NCBI RefSeq assembly: GCF_001194135.2
Contig: NC_068997.1
Location: forward strand, 31,047,272-31,080,574
Origin: Octopus bimaculoides
Lineage: Eukaryota
Direction of reading: 5' to 3'
Length of the DNA stretch: 33,303 bases
Shown here: in pieces, positions 11,450 to 23,977 of the stretch
Position numbering within the stretch: the first letter of the stretch is position 1
Layout of the letters: each line of letters starts with the position of its first letter
Notes under the pieces: model-generated
The model's database searches: none
What the model was told of the DNA's origin: nothing
Seen by the model: only the letters and a program-made list of their open reading frames with translations
Made by a program: the position numbers and the translations under genes

Positions 11450-12450
11450 GATCTCACCATAGGAAAATTTGGTTTTTGCCTGCAAACTGACCATTTTATC
11501 GCTTCTTATTGACTATATTTCTAATGTATGTACAGAGGATTGTAGTACCATTTATACTACAAAGAAAAATTCCGAAACATTTTCACGTTGGGCACTTATG
11601 AGAAACTATGTGTATTAGCCGAAAATGGATAACGATATCGAAAATCTTGTAAGATACTGCAGAGGCTGTGCTCGAACAACAAAGTTACCTACTGTAAGAT
11701 ATCAGTCATCGCCAAAGACTGAGACACAGACTTTGCAAGTCAACTATATGGAAACTATATTCTTGTAGTAGTGGATAGTTACACAAAATAGTCGGAAGTA
11801 TGTAAATTTAGACATCCTTCAGTGAGATATTTGCTCAATATCGTACATATTTCTGCCAGATGTTCCAAATTGGTCATATAAACCCGCCACCATATCACCC
11901 ACGGTGAAATGTTCAGGCAGAACGGTTCATGGACACGTTCAATAGGGCGTTAAGGAAAGCGAACATCGGAAGGACTGATGACCTTGCATTAATAAAATTT
12001 CTGAGGGTATATCGAGTAACTCCAAACCTAAATGCACCATCAGGTAAATCTCCAGCCAAACTAATGTTCACGAGAAAGATGAAGTCCATATCTGAGAAAT
12101 TGCTGTCAAGCAGAGAAAAAAAGCTTGAAATAACAATAATGAGAAAAGTGCTACGCCGAAAAATTGCTAAGTTTCCATACAGATATGGAAAACTATCATG
12201 GGAGGACGGTTTTATTTGTAATAGAATTGAACAAATGATCTATACAGTAAAAAAAGTCAAAAGACAATGGTTCGATTTCAAAAAAGATGCGAACCAGTTG
12301 AAACAAAGATACACCGAGAATAATAATAAAAGTATTGAAGAACCAATGGATTTTATGTACGCTATGTTTGAAGTATTATTTCCAGATAAAACTCATACAA
12401 CCGTTCGGCGTAGAACTAGAAAGTAGAAATTTTACAGAGCCTTTAATGTT
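11450..12450 (+). mobile_element. Ty3/Gypsy LTR retrotransposon integrase relic
   Basis: RIVVPFILQRKI..HFHVGH...NYVY*PKMDNDIENLVRYCRGC (HHCC zinc finger), ILVVVDSYTK, NGQAERFMDTFNRALRK and FLRVYRVTPN...GKSPAKLMF; stops and deletions present. Confidence 0.9.
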
Positions 12451-12594
12451 TGGCCCAAAGAGGTAAAAGTATTGAACTCCGTCTGAAGGTGGTATTTTTT
12501 TAAAAGGGAAGTTGTGGGGAAGGAATATAAAATGTACATATAAATCTGTATACCCACAGTCTTCGAGAAATGTATAGTTTAATAGGGGAGATAT

Positions 12595-12838
12595 TGTGGA
12601 GTAAACTAGCATCCCCGCACCTGGCTGTCAGTGGACTGGATGAGTCGTATAAGTAGATGGGCCAGTAGACAGTTGAGGTCGAACTGTGGGAGCGTTAGTC
12701 TCGTTATTGATTCTGCGTTGTAGTGCTGGATTGTTATTATGCGAACGGTTATAATAAGATAACCAACTCTTGTTACATTGCGTATTGTTATACTTATATA
12801 TTGGGTACTGTGATACGCACTTACACACACACACATCA
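12595..12838 (+). mobile_element. Probable 3' LTR of the Gypsy element
   Basis: Purine-rich tract (aataggggagata) directly before TGTGGAG; the segment ends near ...acacacatCA. No partner 5' LTR found. Confidence 0.55.
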
Positions 12839-12989
12839 TATATCGTCCACGGCGATATAAAATAGTACTTATGGCCTCTGGAGAAATGCTTCTGAATTAA
12901 CGAGGAAGTTGTTGGTCATCTAAGGAGCGTCGAGTTGACTGCAAAACCATTTAGGCTATATTCAATGCATTGTGCTAGTGCTCAGACTC

Positions 12990-13125
12990 AAAAGAGGTAA
13001 GGTGTGCAGGCTTGTGTTTGGGAGAGGAAATGGGATTCGAGACTTGAGCGAGGATATGAATAGATAAGAACTAATTCTCAATGCGCGGAAAACTGGTAGG
13101 AGGAAGAGGACTTATTGGATGTTAG
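12990..13125 (+). mobile_element. Very degenerate R4/Dong-type fragment
   Basis: ggaggaagaggacttattggatg (GGRGLIG) is nearly identical to the 10490 region. Confidence 0.5.
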
Positions 13126-13129
13126 GGTG

Positions 13130-13345
13130 TGGCACTGTTCCACTGTTAAGGTGTGGCACTTTCTCACACAGCTACCCTCATCCATACGTAACACATGACA
13201 AATACCAGCGCAGTCGTCTCTCTTGCACACCACATTTGATGCTTCTTATGTCCCAACTTTTCTCTCAGGACGCTTACACTCTGTCGTGTATGCACACTGA
13301 CATAACACATCCAGCGGATCATACTAGCTTCATTTCTTTCAAGGG
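13130..13345 (-). mobile_element. RTE-clade LINE 3' coding fragment
   Basis: Minus strand reads LERNEASMIRWMCYVSVHTRQSVSVLREKL..RSIKCGVQERRLRWY.HVLRMDEGSCVRKCHTL, the RTE RLRWxGHVxRM tail. Confidence 0.88.
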
Positions 13346-13991
13346 AGCAAGGGCAAAAACGACTTCTCTCCAGTATGCTTGAAGTGCCGATAACTTCAAA
13401 AATCTACCAAAGACTCCAGGTTAATATGCACATGGCCCTTGCCCCCTTACTAGAATTATATTTATATATATTATTAATTTAATGTATAAATTGCCTATAA
13501 ATTTTTATAGCATTCTGACTACATGATAACAATCATTAATGTGCTTTTTATCCTTATATTCTATTATGAATTAATAAATAAAATAAAATGATTTAATTAT
13601 TTTTACTCCTGACCGGAAGAGCATTTACTGCTTGACTATTCTTATAATATACATGTTGGCTGTCTTGATGGGATTCAAAATTGAATTATCTTGGGTCTAT
13701 ACGTTCAAATATTTGTATGTAGACGTGTGAACCTGCTTTGTACGGTATGTACAGTTATTTACACTTTTTCGTGATCAGTGACTTTTCATCACTGGAAAAA
13801 GGATATATATATTTGCATTGGGAACCACTTCACATCGACAACCGGTGATTGTCACACGCTGAAGGCGGGTCAATACCCAGAAACTCGGGTCCGTGTGTAT
13901 CATATCAGGTTGGAGATGGGAAAGATGCCTTCCCTTTGCAAATACTGATAGGACACAGAAAGTGTGTCAATGGCCAGCTGGAGGAGGTTAT

Positions 13992-14602
13992 NNNNNNNNN
14001 NNNNNNNNNNNNNNNNNNNNNNNNNNNNNNNNNNNNNNNNNNNNNNNNNNNNNNNNNNNNNNNNNNNNNNNNNNNNNNNNNNNNNNNNNNNNNNNNNNNN
14101 NNNNNNNNNNNNNNNNNNNNNNNNNNNNNNNNNNNNNNNNNNNNNNNNNNNNNNNNNNNNNNNNNNNNNNNNNNNNNNNNNNNNNNNNNNNNNNNNNNNN
14201 NNNNNNNNNNNNNNNNNNNNNNNNNNNNNNNNNNNNNNNNNNNNNNNNNNNNNNNNNNNNNNNNNNNNNNNNNNNNNNNNNNNNNNNNNNNNNNNNNNNN
14301 NNNNNNNNNNNNNNNNNNNNNNNNNNNNNNNNNNNNNNNNNNNNNNNNNNNNNNNNNNNNNNNNNNNNNNNNNNNNNNNNNNNNNNNNNNNNNNNNNNNN
14401 NNNNNNNNNNNNNNNNNNNNNNNNNNNNNNNNNNNNNNNNNNNNNNNNNNNNNNNNNNNNNNNNNNNNNNNNNNNNNNNNNNNNNNNNNNNNNNNNNNNN
14501 NNNNNNNNNNNNNNNNNNNNNNNNNNNNNNNNNNNNNNNNNNNNNNNNNNNNNNNNNNNNNNNNNNNNNNNNNNNNNNNNNNNNNNNNNNNNNNNNNNNN
14601 NN
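13992..14602. other. Assembly gap (N run)
   Basis: 611 N. Confidence 1.
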
Positions 14603-14644
<42 letters not shown>

Positions 14645-14745
14645 GACGGGCTTCTTTCAAAGCTCCTTTCAGGTTTTAGTTGGACCGAGGCCATAGCTGA
14701 AGATACTTGCCCAAGGCGCCACGCAATGGGACTGAACCCGGACAC
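14603..14745 (-). mobile_element. tRNA-derived SINE, family B, 5' part with internal (TA)n
   Basis: Minus strand reads CCGGGTTCAGTCCCATTGCGTGGCGCCTTGGGCAAGTATCTTC (B-box-like GGTTCAGTCCC followed by CCTTGGGCAAG), then gaagcccgtcgtatat and a microsatellite. Confidence 0.8.
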
Positions 14746-14978
14746 AAGAGGTGCAGTAATATCAAAGGAAACTTACCTGGGAAGATAGTTTTTTGTCTGT
14801 GGAAGCTGCACAGGTGCAATAAACAACGAAAATGGACAGAAAACAGATTCCATCACATGCCAGGGAAAAAAACTAGAATTAGTTGATGGCTTCCGTTACC
14901 TATGTGACTAAGCAAGATAGTAACGGGGGTGGATACTCCGTGAGCATATCTGCTAGAATAAGAATGTTCTGGGGAAAG

Positions 14979-14980
<2 letters not shown>
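14746..14980 (+). mobile_element. RTE-clade LINE post-RT fragment
   Basis: HKRCSNIKGNLPGKIVF..CGSCTGAINNENGQKTDSITCQGKKLELVDGFRYL...SARIRMFWGK. Confidence 0.82.
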
Positions 14981-15068
<88 letters not shown>

Positions 15069-15069
15069 G
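14981..15069. repeat. (AC)n(AT)n microsatellite
   Basis: Direct reading. Confidence 0.97.
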
Positions 15070-15489
15070 AGAGAATTTGTTTTGGTGTTTGAAAATGCAT
15101 CTAAATCTCAAATTGTGTAGGTGTTTCAAAATTTTGTAATATGTTTATTCAAATATCAAGGTGATTCAACAATTTTTTGCATATCAGTGGTAAAAATAAA
15201 TAAATAAAGGGTTTGGGTAAGTTTATATGTACACGGTGAAATTCGGAAAAGCTTATATAAACGATCGAATTTTCGGATGTCCACAAAAATTCCAATGGGT
15301 TTCACAGAGCCAGACTATAACATAAGTCTAAATGTTCACTGAAGAAATATCCATGATTGAAAGTTTAGTCATGCTGAGTTTTTATTAAAATGACTAAATT
15401 TTCAGTCATATATATTTGTTTTGATCTTCATTAAATATTTACACTGTGCTACTTTTACAAGACTTGTGTTTCTATAGTTTGCACTAATT

Positions 15490-16130
15490 ACACTGTATGG
15501 GATTTCTAACAGCACCTCTGTACATGGTTTGTATGGCTATCTACTGCTAGCTTCCTCTGTGACTACCAGATCAGAAAGTAAGGAACTCTGTCAAAGGTTT
15601 TTTTACAGGTCACTGAACGCAAATGACAGCAGCTTGATTTTATCCAAAAACTTCTCTTGCAGTTACCTCACCCAAAACAGGGCTTTTTAAATACTTGTCT
15701 ATAGCATAAAACCAAACCAAACTATATCTCATCTAGTCTAACTTTTCCTCTCATAACTTGATCCTTTGTTGTTTCCATAAATTTTGTGCCCTTGTCCAGC
15801 AATTTGATACTTCTGTATATTTACCTTTCTCTAGCATCTGCATTAACATTGTAACAGTTGGCTGTAATGCTGTAATGTCAGTCACTGGGTATACCACCTT
15901 CATCTATAATCTGATTCACTATAGAAGTAACAAAGCCATATAACATACAGCCAAGTATGTTAAACATTATAACAATCGTTCCTAATGGTTCATGGAGATT
16001 CTCCTACATTTATATTCTTCAGTGCTTTATCATACTGCTGCCAACTAGAAAGACTAGATCCTCTGTTGAGTCCATGTTGAGAAGACCTTTCTTCCATACA
16101 ATCACCACATATAATACGCTTTAATGATAG
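15490..16130 (-). mobile_element. RTE-clade LINE reverse transcriptase fragment
   Basis: Frameshifted pieces VTSIVNQIIDEGGIPSD, IKLLDKGTKF, KVRLDEI*FGF, LQEKFLDKIKLL and AIQTMYRGAV correspond to RTE RT domains 0-3. Confidence 0.8.
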
Positions 16131-16372
16131 CTCTTTTATGCTTCTTTCTTTTCAGAATCACTAAGTGTATTACTAACAATTCATACACATCAATATGAAA
16201 AATAAGAGGTAACTGTACAACAAAAGAATAGGTATGTAAAATCATTCACAAAAAGCATTCAAGACATTGCTGCTATACAAATACATTGCCGAAATCATGA
16301 ACTGATTATTCAGTAAAATTTCTACAGGCAAATATTATCAATAAGAATATTAAAAAGCATTAAAACAATTAC

Positions 16373-16457
16373 CTTTGCAATTTTCTGATCATGTTCTACA
16401 AACTTTACCTCACCAAATGCATCACAGGGATTTAATGCCTCTTCATCTCCAGTGTTT
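16373..16457 (-). CDS. Coding exon (85 nt) of a TRPM-family cation channel, start of the N-terminal MHR1/SLOG region
   Basis: Acceptor tttgtttgtctttgatag and donor AAG|gtaatt. Translation (A)-NTGDEEALNPCDAFGEVKFVEHDQKIAK resembles TRPM PTDAF/YGEI/VxF...AK|YIR. Subfamily cannot be assigned from this peptide. Confidence 0.85.
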
Positions 16458-17889
16458 CTATCAAAGACAAACAAAAATCAAATGAACAACTGAAGTAAAG
16501 TTGTGATGGGAAAGGTAGAAAAGGGAAAATAACAAAATCAAGAGATAAAGAACAACACTAATGAAAAATACAAATATTCACAGATATAGAGGCATAAATT
16601 CATAAACAGAAAAAGATTGATATCTTTTAATTTAGTTGAATAAAATAATGATTAATTTTAAATAAACTGAAAAGGCAAAACAAGATATATTTTGTCATCA
16701 GAAGTAAATGGAGGAAAAATGAGGCACACAGGGGAATAGTGATTCCACATCTGGAATGGTGCTGCTGTTACACACGCAGGTATCATAAGACCACATCAAG
16801 AAAGAAAAAAGGTGACTGATCTAACTGGCATGAAGTCACTTACTAAAACACACTAAATTCTGACCTATAGATGTGCTGTGTCCTCTCTTTGCGTTTTTTT
16901 ACCACTACTACAATAGTCTCTGCTCCACAGAGCTGGTTGCTCTCTTTCCACCGTATCCAGGTACCACTGATACACATATCTCTTGTGTCCATTTGACTAG
17001 GCCCCCACACTAACAATACAAAAATTGAATTAAGTAGATATGAAAAGAAACTGCATGAGATGTCCGGTAGTGTTTCTCCTTTTATCTCTCTATATATATC
17101 TCTCCCTTTCTTTGTTCCCCTCTTTGCATTTGTCTGTCGCCCAAAGAAATATAATGTTGATCTTATTGGATTTATTTCCCTTGCTTACTAGACAACTACA
17201 GTCATACGAAAGGTAATATTGGGAGTGTGTATTTGTCACTGTTAACTCTATCAGATATTATTACTAATGTAATTATTCGATATATAAACAGTATTATCAT
17301 TATTGATAGCATATACTTATTACAAATATACAAATCAGAAAAATCTATTTAAATTTTATATTTTAATTTCAAAGATATTTTTAATTTGAGAAGTAGCATA
17401 AATTTTCTATGAAATTTGAAAAAGTATGTTTATAATTATTATAGTTATGTAACATTACCTTATATTACCTGGATTGGCAAAATATATATATTCCCAACAT
17501 TAACGAACATGATGGATAAAACTGTTCTTAATTAATAATAATTATGTGGTAAGAAAAAGACCAGCGCCGACGAAGGCTATGCTTTGCTGAGGAAATCCAA
17601 TTAGATTAAAATTTGTAAACATCAAGATCATTAGAGGGTCAGAAAAAATACCATGTGGTATTAGCTTCAAGTATATATAATGAGTTTAAATTTTACATTG
17701 CTCAACCCTTCATTGTTTTCTTTCTAGAATTGGGGAGTCATTAAAATAAAGTACTAAAACATGTCAGTGACTGTTGCCTGGAAATGCAAAGGTCGCATCA
17801 AATTAGTATCAGATACTGAGCTAAAGATCTGTTTTCATAAATCTTATCAATTATTTAAAATTTCCTCATAATTAAAACAAAACAATGGC

Positions 17890-18090
17890 AATACGGTGAT
17901 GAGCTGGCAGAATTGTTAGAGTATATTACTTTTGATACTTAACATTGTGAGTTCAAGTCCTGCTTAGGTCATCTTTGTCTTTCATCCTCTTGGTGTTTGA
18001 TAAAATAAAGTAGCAGTCAAGTGCTGGTGCTCATGATATTAATTTAACCATTCCCTTAAAAATTGCTGGTCCTGCGCTTAAATTAGAAAC
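17890..18090 (+). mobile_element. tRNA-derived SINE, family A, degenerate
   Basis: ggtgatgagctggcagaattgttag...gagttcaagtcc...ctttcatcctcttggtgtttgataaaataaagtagcag. Confidence 0.8.
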
Positions 18091-18808
18091 TCTTTTTCCA
18101 TCCAGATAAGAGTTAGTAAATAATTTCTCTCACGTCTTTATCCACAGTGTATTAATGGATGTATTTATCAGTGAATATTTACACATACATACACACATAC
18201 TCATATGTGCCCGCACACACATATATGCACATACACACACACACATTTTTATGGAGTTGGTCAACATGCTGTTGAAGTTTACAGATTTCTCCAATATCCC
18301 AATTCATCCAATAAATGTCTTTGTGGACAATGATTGATTTTCCTTTTAAAGGCATCAATCCACAGCCAGAATTAACCATTGACTATTTTCCCTAAATTTT
18401 CCCTTTCACTTTTCAACTCCTTACTCCTGCTTAACTGTCACTTCATAAGTATTATCTCCCACAGGAATTAAAGATTATTTCTGTTTTATCCAACTGCTTC
18501 CCTCATATTCCATCCACGACAAACATGTGCACATAAACACATATTCACACTACTTGAATCTTATACTTACTCTCTCACACAAACATATTGTATAGTGACG
18601 CACATCTGTCCACACACCTCTGTTGCTATTTACTCTTTCCTTATTTCTTTTTCACCTGAGTTCCACATAGACATCAACCACCCATCACCACTCTCCTCTA
18701 CTAGAAATCCCATACCTACAAACACTTCCTGTATCCATTATCATGATGACCATCTTTAATAAGACATACATAATCCTCATCTCCTTCCCTTAATTTTCTC
18801 TCTCCCTT

Positions 18809-18814
<6 letters not shown>

Positions 18815-18854
<40 letters not shown>
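18815..18854. repeat. (CT)n microsatellite
   Basis: Direct reading. Confidence 0.97.
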
Positions 18855-18857
<3 letters not shown>

Positions 18858-19139
18858 GGCTTCCTTTTCTGCATGGCTTAATATACTGACTTTGTTTTAG
18901 ATTTCTCATATTTTTGCTTCTTTGAATTCCTTTTGCTGCGAAACAGAAAGACTACGTTTTCTCATATATTGGATTTCATGCATTAATTGCTGCTTACCCC
19001 TCAGCATATTCAGAAACAGAGGAAACTGGAATCTATTGAATTATTAAAAAACAATAAAACTAGACATTTTGTTGTTCGTTTCAAACCTCCAAAAAGCATG
19101 CATTTGATTTAACCTTTGAGGCTTACTCATATTTAATAT

Positions 19140-19333
19140 TCTTTTCTACTCTAGTCAGAGGGCCCAAAATTTTGGGGGAGGGGGAAAGTCGATTAGAACG
19201 TCTCCAGTACGCAACTGGTACTTAATTTATCGACCCCGAAAAGATGAAAGGCAAAGTCGACCTCGGCGGAATTTGAACTCAGCGCTAAGCATTTCACCCG
19301 GCGTGCTAACGTTTCTGCCAGCTCGACGCCTTA
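19140..19333 (-). mobile_element. tRNA-derived SINE, family A
   Basis: Close to the 7101-7308 copy (actggtacttaatttatcgaccccgaaaagatgaaaggcaaagtcgacctcggcggaatttgaactc). Confidence 0.9.
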
Positions 19334-19491
19334 ACTCATATTTAATATTAAATACGAAAATATAAATATAGTGAATATAACAATAAATGTTTGATGTGGT
19401 GGCTATCATTCATCATCCATGAAGTCATTTTAGTTTCAACACACAAATTTTGGTCAAGTTTCTTGCCAGAAAGTAGAATTCCAAAATGAGT

Positions 19492-19495
<4 letters not shown>

Positions 19496-19541
<46 letters not shown>
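19496..19541. repeat. (CT)n microsatellite
   Basis: Direct reading. Confidence 0.97.
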
Positions 19542-19545
<4 letters not shown>

Positions 19546-20509
19546 GTGTATGCATGAATATAGTTAGAAGTATCGTTAGCAGACACTATGGATTTCCCAG
19601 TGAGTTGATTTACATCAATCTGTTCCTTACGTAACAGAGAAAGAAATCGATATCATAAAATCTAACTTCTTTCACCAATAAAAAATGAGTCTGATTGTTA
19701 AAATTATTAATGCTAGAGCTGTCATACGAGAATTAAGTGTACAGAAATGATGAATTCTCATTTTGTCAACCAAATGCCAACAAAATTTTGATTTTTTGAG
19801 CCTTCTGTTCATTCCTTTCTGCAATTGATAAATAATACCAGTGATCTAATGGTGTAAGGTTTTTTGAAGTGTAGCAACTTAGTATATTTGCAACATATTA
19901 TGTGAAAAGACTTCTGTGTAAATCAACAATCAATTAATTTTAAAAGTTATCTTCACTGCTTGTTGTTTTGGGGGTTATTGACATCCCCAGAAGTTTTTGT
20001 CTACTCATTACTTGGATAATCTTGGTTGACCAAAGTTTTTCAACTCACTGTATAGTATAACTGAAATCCTCCCATATATGTATTTATATTTTATCAGATT
20101 TATGGACTTATTTCTTCAATTACCTAAATTTTATGTTTTCCTGCACCCATTTCTTTACATCCTGAAAATAAAAAAAAATTCAATTTTAATGTTTGAAGGA
20201 GTGATGGAGTTCCAACATCTGACATTAATTCTATAACATAGAGTCTCAAAATTTACAACAAATTATAGAGAAGACAAACAGTACAAGACACGAGTAAAGC
20301 CAAGATTATCAGGTGGAGATAATCTAATCACTATTAACATAGATACACATGATTTCAGTTTGTCTTATCTTACAATTTTTAGCATGGTACACTGGTTTTG
20401 AGATGGGATTGGAATGAAAGAAATCTTCTGGATAGAAATAATGCAACATAATAATATCAGAATTTTGATTAACCAATTTAATCATTTGTGTAAAACTTAT
20501 AAGCCATGT

Positions 20510-21890
20510 CAGACTTACAAAGATATAATAAAGTACTCCGGCAATCCACTAACTTCTATTGTATTCACTTTTATCGCTCTGTCCCACGAGTCTATCTCAT
20601 TATATAATTTTTCATTTTGTCCGTTGTACAGTATAACATATTTTTTCTCACAGGGCAAGGGTGGCGAAGTTTGTGCTTGTCTTTGTGTCAGGTGGGGCAT
20701 GGAGGGGATGGTGTCTGTAGGGTGTGGTTGAGGTAGAGTGGGTGTGGGTAGGAGTCGTGTGGGTGGGAGTCGGGTGAGTGTGGGATGGGGGTCATCATTT
20801 ACAGAGTGTGCCTTTTTCCTGTTTTCTTCTTTTTTTCCAGCCGTTTCCCATCCGTTCTTTTCCTCGTTCACCTCCTCTGCCTCAGCGCTGGTACTGGTTT
20901 TTGTCGGTGGGGAAGTCGTGATTTCCTTCCTGCTCTCGTGTTTCTCTTTAGTCTTCACGGGTGGCGTAGGACAATCCGCTCTAATGTGACCTTTCAGACC
21001 GCATTTACAGCACCACCGGATCCTACCTTCTACTCTGACCCTGAGCATTACCTCTTCAACCGTGATGGACTTGACCATGTTTTCAAGGTCTTCCGGGAAA
21101 CCTGAATTATCATATTTAGGCTCTGCCCTAGCCAGTTCTTATGGGGCGTTCTGATTGGCTGGAGGACCATTACCTTCTCTTCCGTGCCCAGCAGTATGGT
21201 AGCTGCTAGCCAGGCTACATCAATTTCTGAGGTATATCTTCTACCCTAACCCTGGAAGCACGCCTCCCAAGATATATAGGTAGAAGCAAAATTTCATCCG
21301 TTTTTAATGGTGTTGCCGAGTGCAGCCTAGCAGTAGCTACCTCCCTGAACTGCACCTTCACCGTTCCAAACTTTCTTCCTCTGGCAAGGTAAGAAATCAC
21401 TTGCTAGATTGGTTTTAATGCTTTTCGACTTGAGCGTTCGACATGATTTCAGCTTTCCTTGTTGCTGCTGAGTACGTCCTGTAAATAATGGTTTCCTTCT
21501 TTTTATCTTTTAAGACTTCTTTCGGGGTGACACTTATACGTCGTTCCCCAATCTTTTAAGTATTTCTTTGAATCTACTCAACTCCTCCAGACACACGTGT
21601 CACCACCTCTGCATAATTCTTCTCCTCCATTTCTTCGTCTTTTCTCTTCAGACTTTTAACAGCACTTCCTCAGATGACGTAAAGTCTGAAGAAGAAGAAC
21701 TGCAACCTTCGTATTCCATTGTGAAGGTATGAACCTATGAAGTTCATTCATCAAACAAGAGGGAAGACGTCGAACAATACCGACGCAAGACAGCAAAACA
21801 CACGTGATCCACACAAAGACAGCAGTTCAACAGCAATCAACAAGACGATTACCAAACGCTCTTTCTGACTACTACCGACCACTACTCTTT
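20510..21890 (-). mobile_element. LINE (Tx1/L1-like) 5' UTR and ORF1 with intact CCHC knuckle; no ORF2
   Basis: Probable start ATG at 21719 (then ...EEKNYAEVV), GRKFGTVKVQFRE...LLPIYLGRRASRVRVE, then RVEGRIRWCCKCGLKGHIRADC and a P/T-rich tail. Several frameshifts. Clade assignment is by similarity of organisation only. Confidence 0.75.
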
Positions 21891-21904
21891 ATAAGAGTTC
21901 GGCT

Positions 21905-22480
21905 AGTCCATTCTCCAATCCGCCAGGGATGTCAATGACTCTCGCTACAAGGAGGCTAATGCTGACGACATAGAAATAAGAATCCGCAGTATGGTGGACG
22001 CCATAGCCACTCATAATGAAAAGGTGTATAGGTAAAACGTCCCAGTGAAAACCTCAATAAAATGTAAACACCACAAGCCAGATATAATGATTTGGGATAC
22101 GGAAGGGAAACTGTGTACAGATATATAAATCAGCTGGCCAGTGGATGTTAGCATAAAGCTAAAAGGAGAATACCTACATTGAACTATTGTGAAATCTTCA
22201 GGTACTCTAGACATATTATAAGTTCAGGTTTATAACAATAATTATTGGTGAACTGGGATAAGTACCACACTGCCTATAAACCAATCTTGAGAAATTTGGC
22301 CTCTCAAAACCAGAAAGGAGAAAACTGATTCGAAGACTACAGATCCAAGCCATTACTGAAACTGAAGACTGTAAATATTTCCAGAAGTTTATCATTTAAG
22401 TATATATGAGCATGTCTAGATGTGCAACTATATGCATGAGAATACATACATAAAACAAAACATACAAATTTGCATACATA
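21905..22480 (+). mobile_element. R4/Dong-type LINE 3' fragment (RLE domain and 3' UTR)
   Basis: NVPVKTSIKCKHHKPDIMIWDTEGKLCT...YKFRFITIIIGELG...LEKFGLSKPERRKLIRRLQIQAIT. Confidence 0.85.
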
Positions 22481-22495
22481 CATATATGAATACAT

Positions 22496-22900
22496 ACTGT
22501 AACTGTAGATCACGAAACTATTGTATTCTAAATAATAACTCTCTGGAAAAAGAATTTTTATACTTAGCCAAAATCCTGAACCGCAACGGAGTAACAAAGA
22601 TGTGCCTCGGAATGACGGCAGCTCAATCAAGGAAAGATACACACACGCACACACACCTGGCGTCATTCAGAGACACAAACAAAAGAGATGTGACAACCAT
22701 ATCCTATATGATATGGACATTGAAAGCAGGAGAATTAAGCAACCCCCAAATAACATGGGGTATTATTGCAAAAACCAGAAAATACAGAGTGCAGGGTACC
22801 AAATGTGAGCTCTGTATTATTAAACAGATAAATATCATCCAGTCAACAGGTGACAGCGTAAATACACAAGCAATATTTTATACTCAGATATTTCAAACAG
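22496..22900 (+). mobile_element. Penelope-like (Naiad-type) GIY-YIG endonuclease fragment
   Basis: Inside ORF 22420-22962: CNCRSRNYCILNNNSLEKEFLYLAKI...HLASFRDTNKRDVTTISYMIWTLK...ITWGIIAKTRKY...KCELC. Confidence 0.85.
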
Positions 22901-23049
22901 GAAGCATCACCCACTTCACCAATCTCACCAAGATAATTTGTTTCTCTGAACGGGAACATTGAATATATATACAACATACGAACTTCACGCATAGAAGATG
23001 CATGCCCCTATGAGGAACTCCCTCAACAAAGAAACATATGAACATTATA

Positions 23050-23250
23050 TATATCCAGAATATAATATAATGCAAACAAATTCATCATCCAACACAGTTT
23101 TGTCGCAGAAGTTAAAACGAAGGGAGATAATCACTGAAAAGCTGTCGTTCAAGAGTATGACCCCTTGAAATCTTATTGTCTCTGCGAGAGTTATTCGTGA
23201 ATTCCTGAGATTTTTCGTGTGCACATCGAAAATGAAGATGAACACCATTA
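23050..23250 (+). mobile_element. Further Naiad-type GIY-YIG 3' relic
   Basis: SFVAEVKTKGDNH*KAVVQEYDPLKSYCLC, then in another frame SCAHRK*, resembling the CxLC...CRH terminus. Confidence 0.55.
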
Positions 23251-23383
23251 CTTCATGCGATCTGTTTGAACAATTCTTAAGATGTTAAGATATTTTTTTC
23301 TAGCATGAAACTAATGGTATACACAAATAAAGAAATTTTATCTAGCAATGCGGTGCTGAGAACTCATTCTTTTTGTTCGAGAG

Positions 23384-23384
23384 T

Positions 23385-23438
<54 letters not shown>
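23384..23438. repeat. (TA)n microsatellite
   Basis: Direct reading. Confidence 0.95.
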
Positions 23439-23439
<1 letters not shown>

Positions 23440-23924
23440 TGTTTTTTCCTCTCCAGGATTCTTTCCCCAATGATCTTAGTTTTCAGCTCTTCTTCATTTA
23501 ATACCTCATTTGTTCCACATCATACATACACAAGCCATCTCATACATTCCCATATTTTACTCATATGCATACATTAGTAACAAGAAAATATAAACACACC
23601 TACACTTCTTAAATCTTACACACTTATTCCCCTCTACTTCATATAAATATATTTCTCCAGTATACACGCACACAGCAGCGTCATATATATACATGGTAAC
23701 AAGTAAGCATATATATCTCTCTATATATATATATATAAAACAAATAATAAATGAGTATATGCATATATACGTACAGGTATGTGCATACCTACGTCTACCT
23801 GTATATATAGGTGCATATCTGGGTACAGGACATTGCAAACAAAATGTAGACAAGAAAATAAAAATAACCAGAGTACAGAAAACACACAAGCCACATAGAG
23901 AACATTTTCCTTCATCAGCTACCC

Positions 23925-23977
23925 CCATTTTAATACCGGCGTTTCGAAGAGTTGGGCAGGACGCATCGTTAAAATGG
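23925..23977 (-). ncRNA. Degenerate type I hammerhead-like motif, probably from a Penelope-like terminal repeat
   Basis: CCATTTTAA-cgatgcg-tcctgcccaactcttc-GAAAC-gccg-GTA-TTAAAATGG has a 9-bp stem I, GAAA core and GUA triplet, but the CUGAUGA core is mutated. Confidence 0.5.

Noticed and set aside
13849-14788. Long ORFs of 251-281 aa
   Set aside because: They consist almost entirely of X residues from the N gap plus (TA)n.
14770-14790. Strong minus-strand donor CAG|gtaagt as a possible TRPM exon end
   Set aside because: It lies inside a plus-strand RTE fragment, and the adjacent minus-strand sequence has no TRPM similarity.
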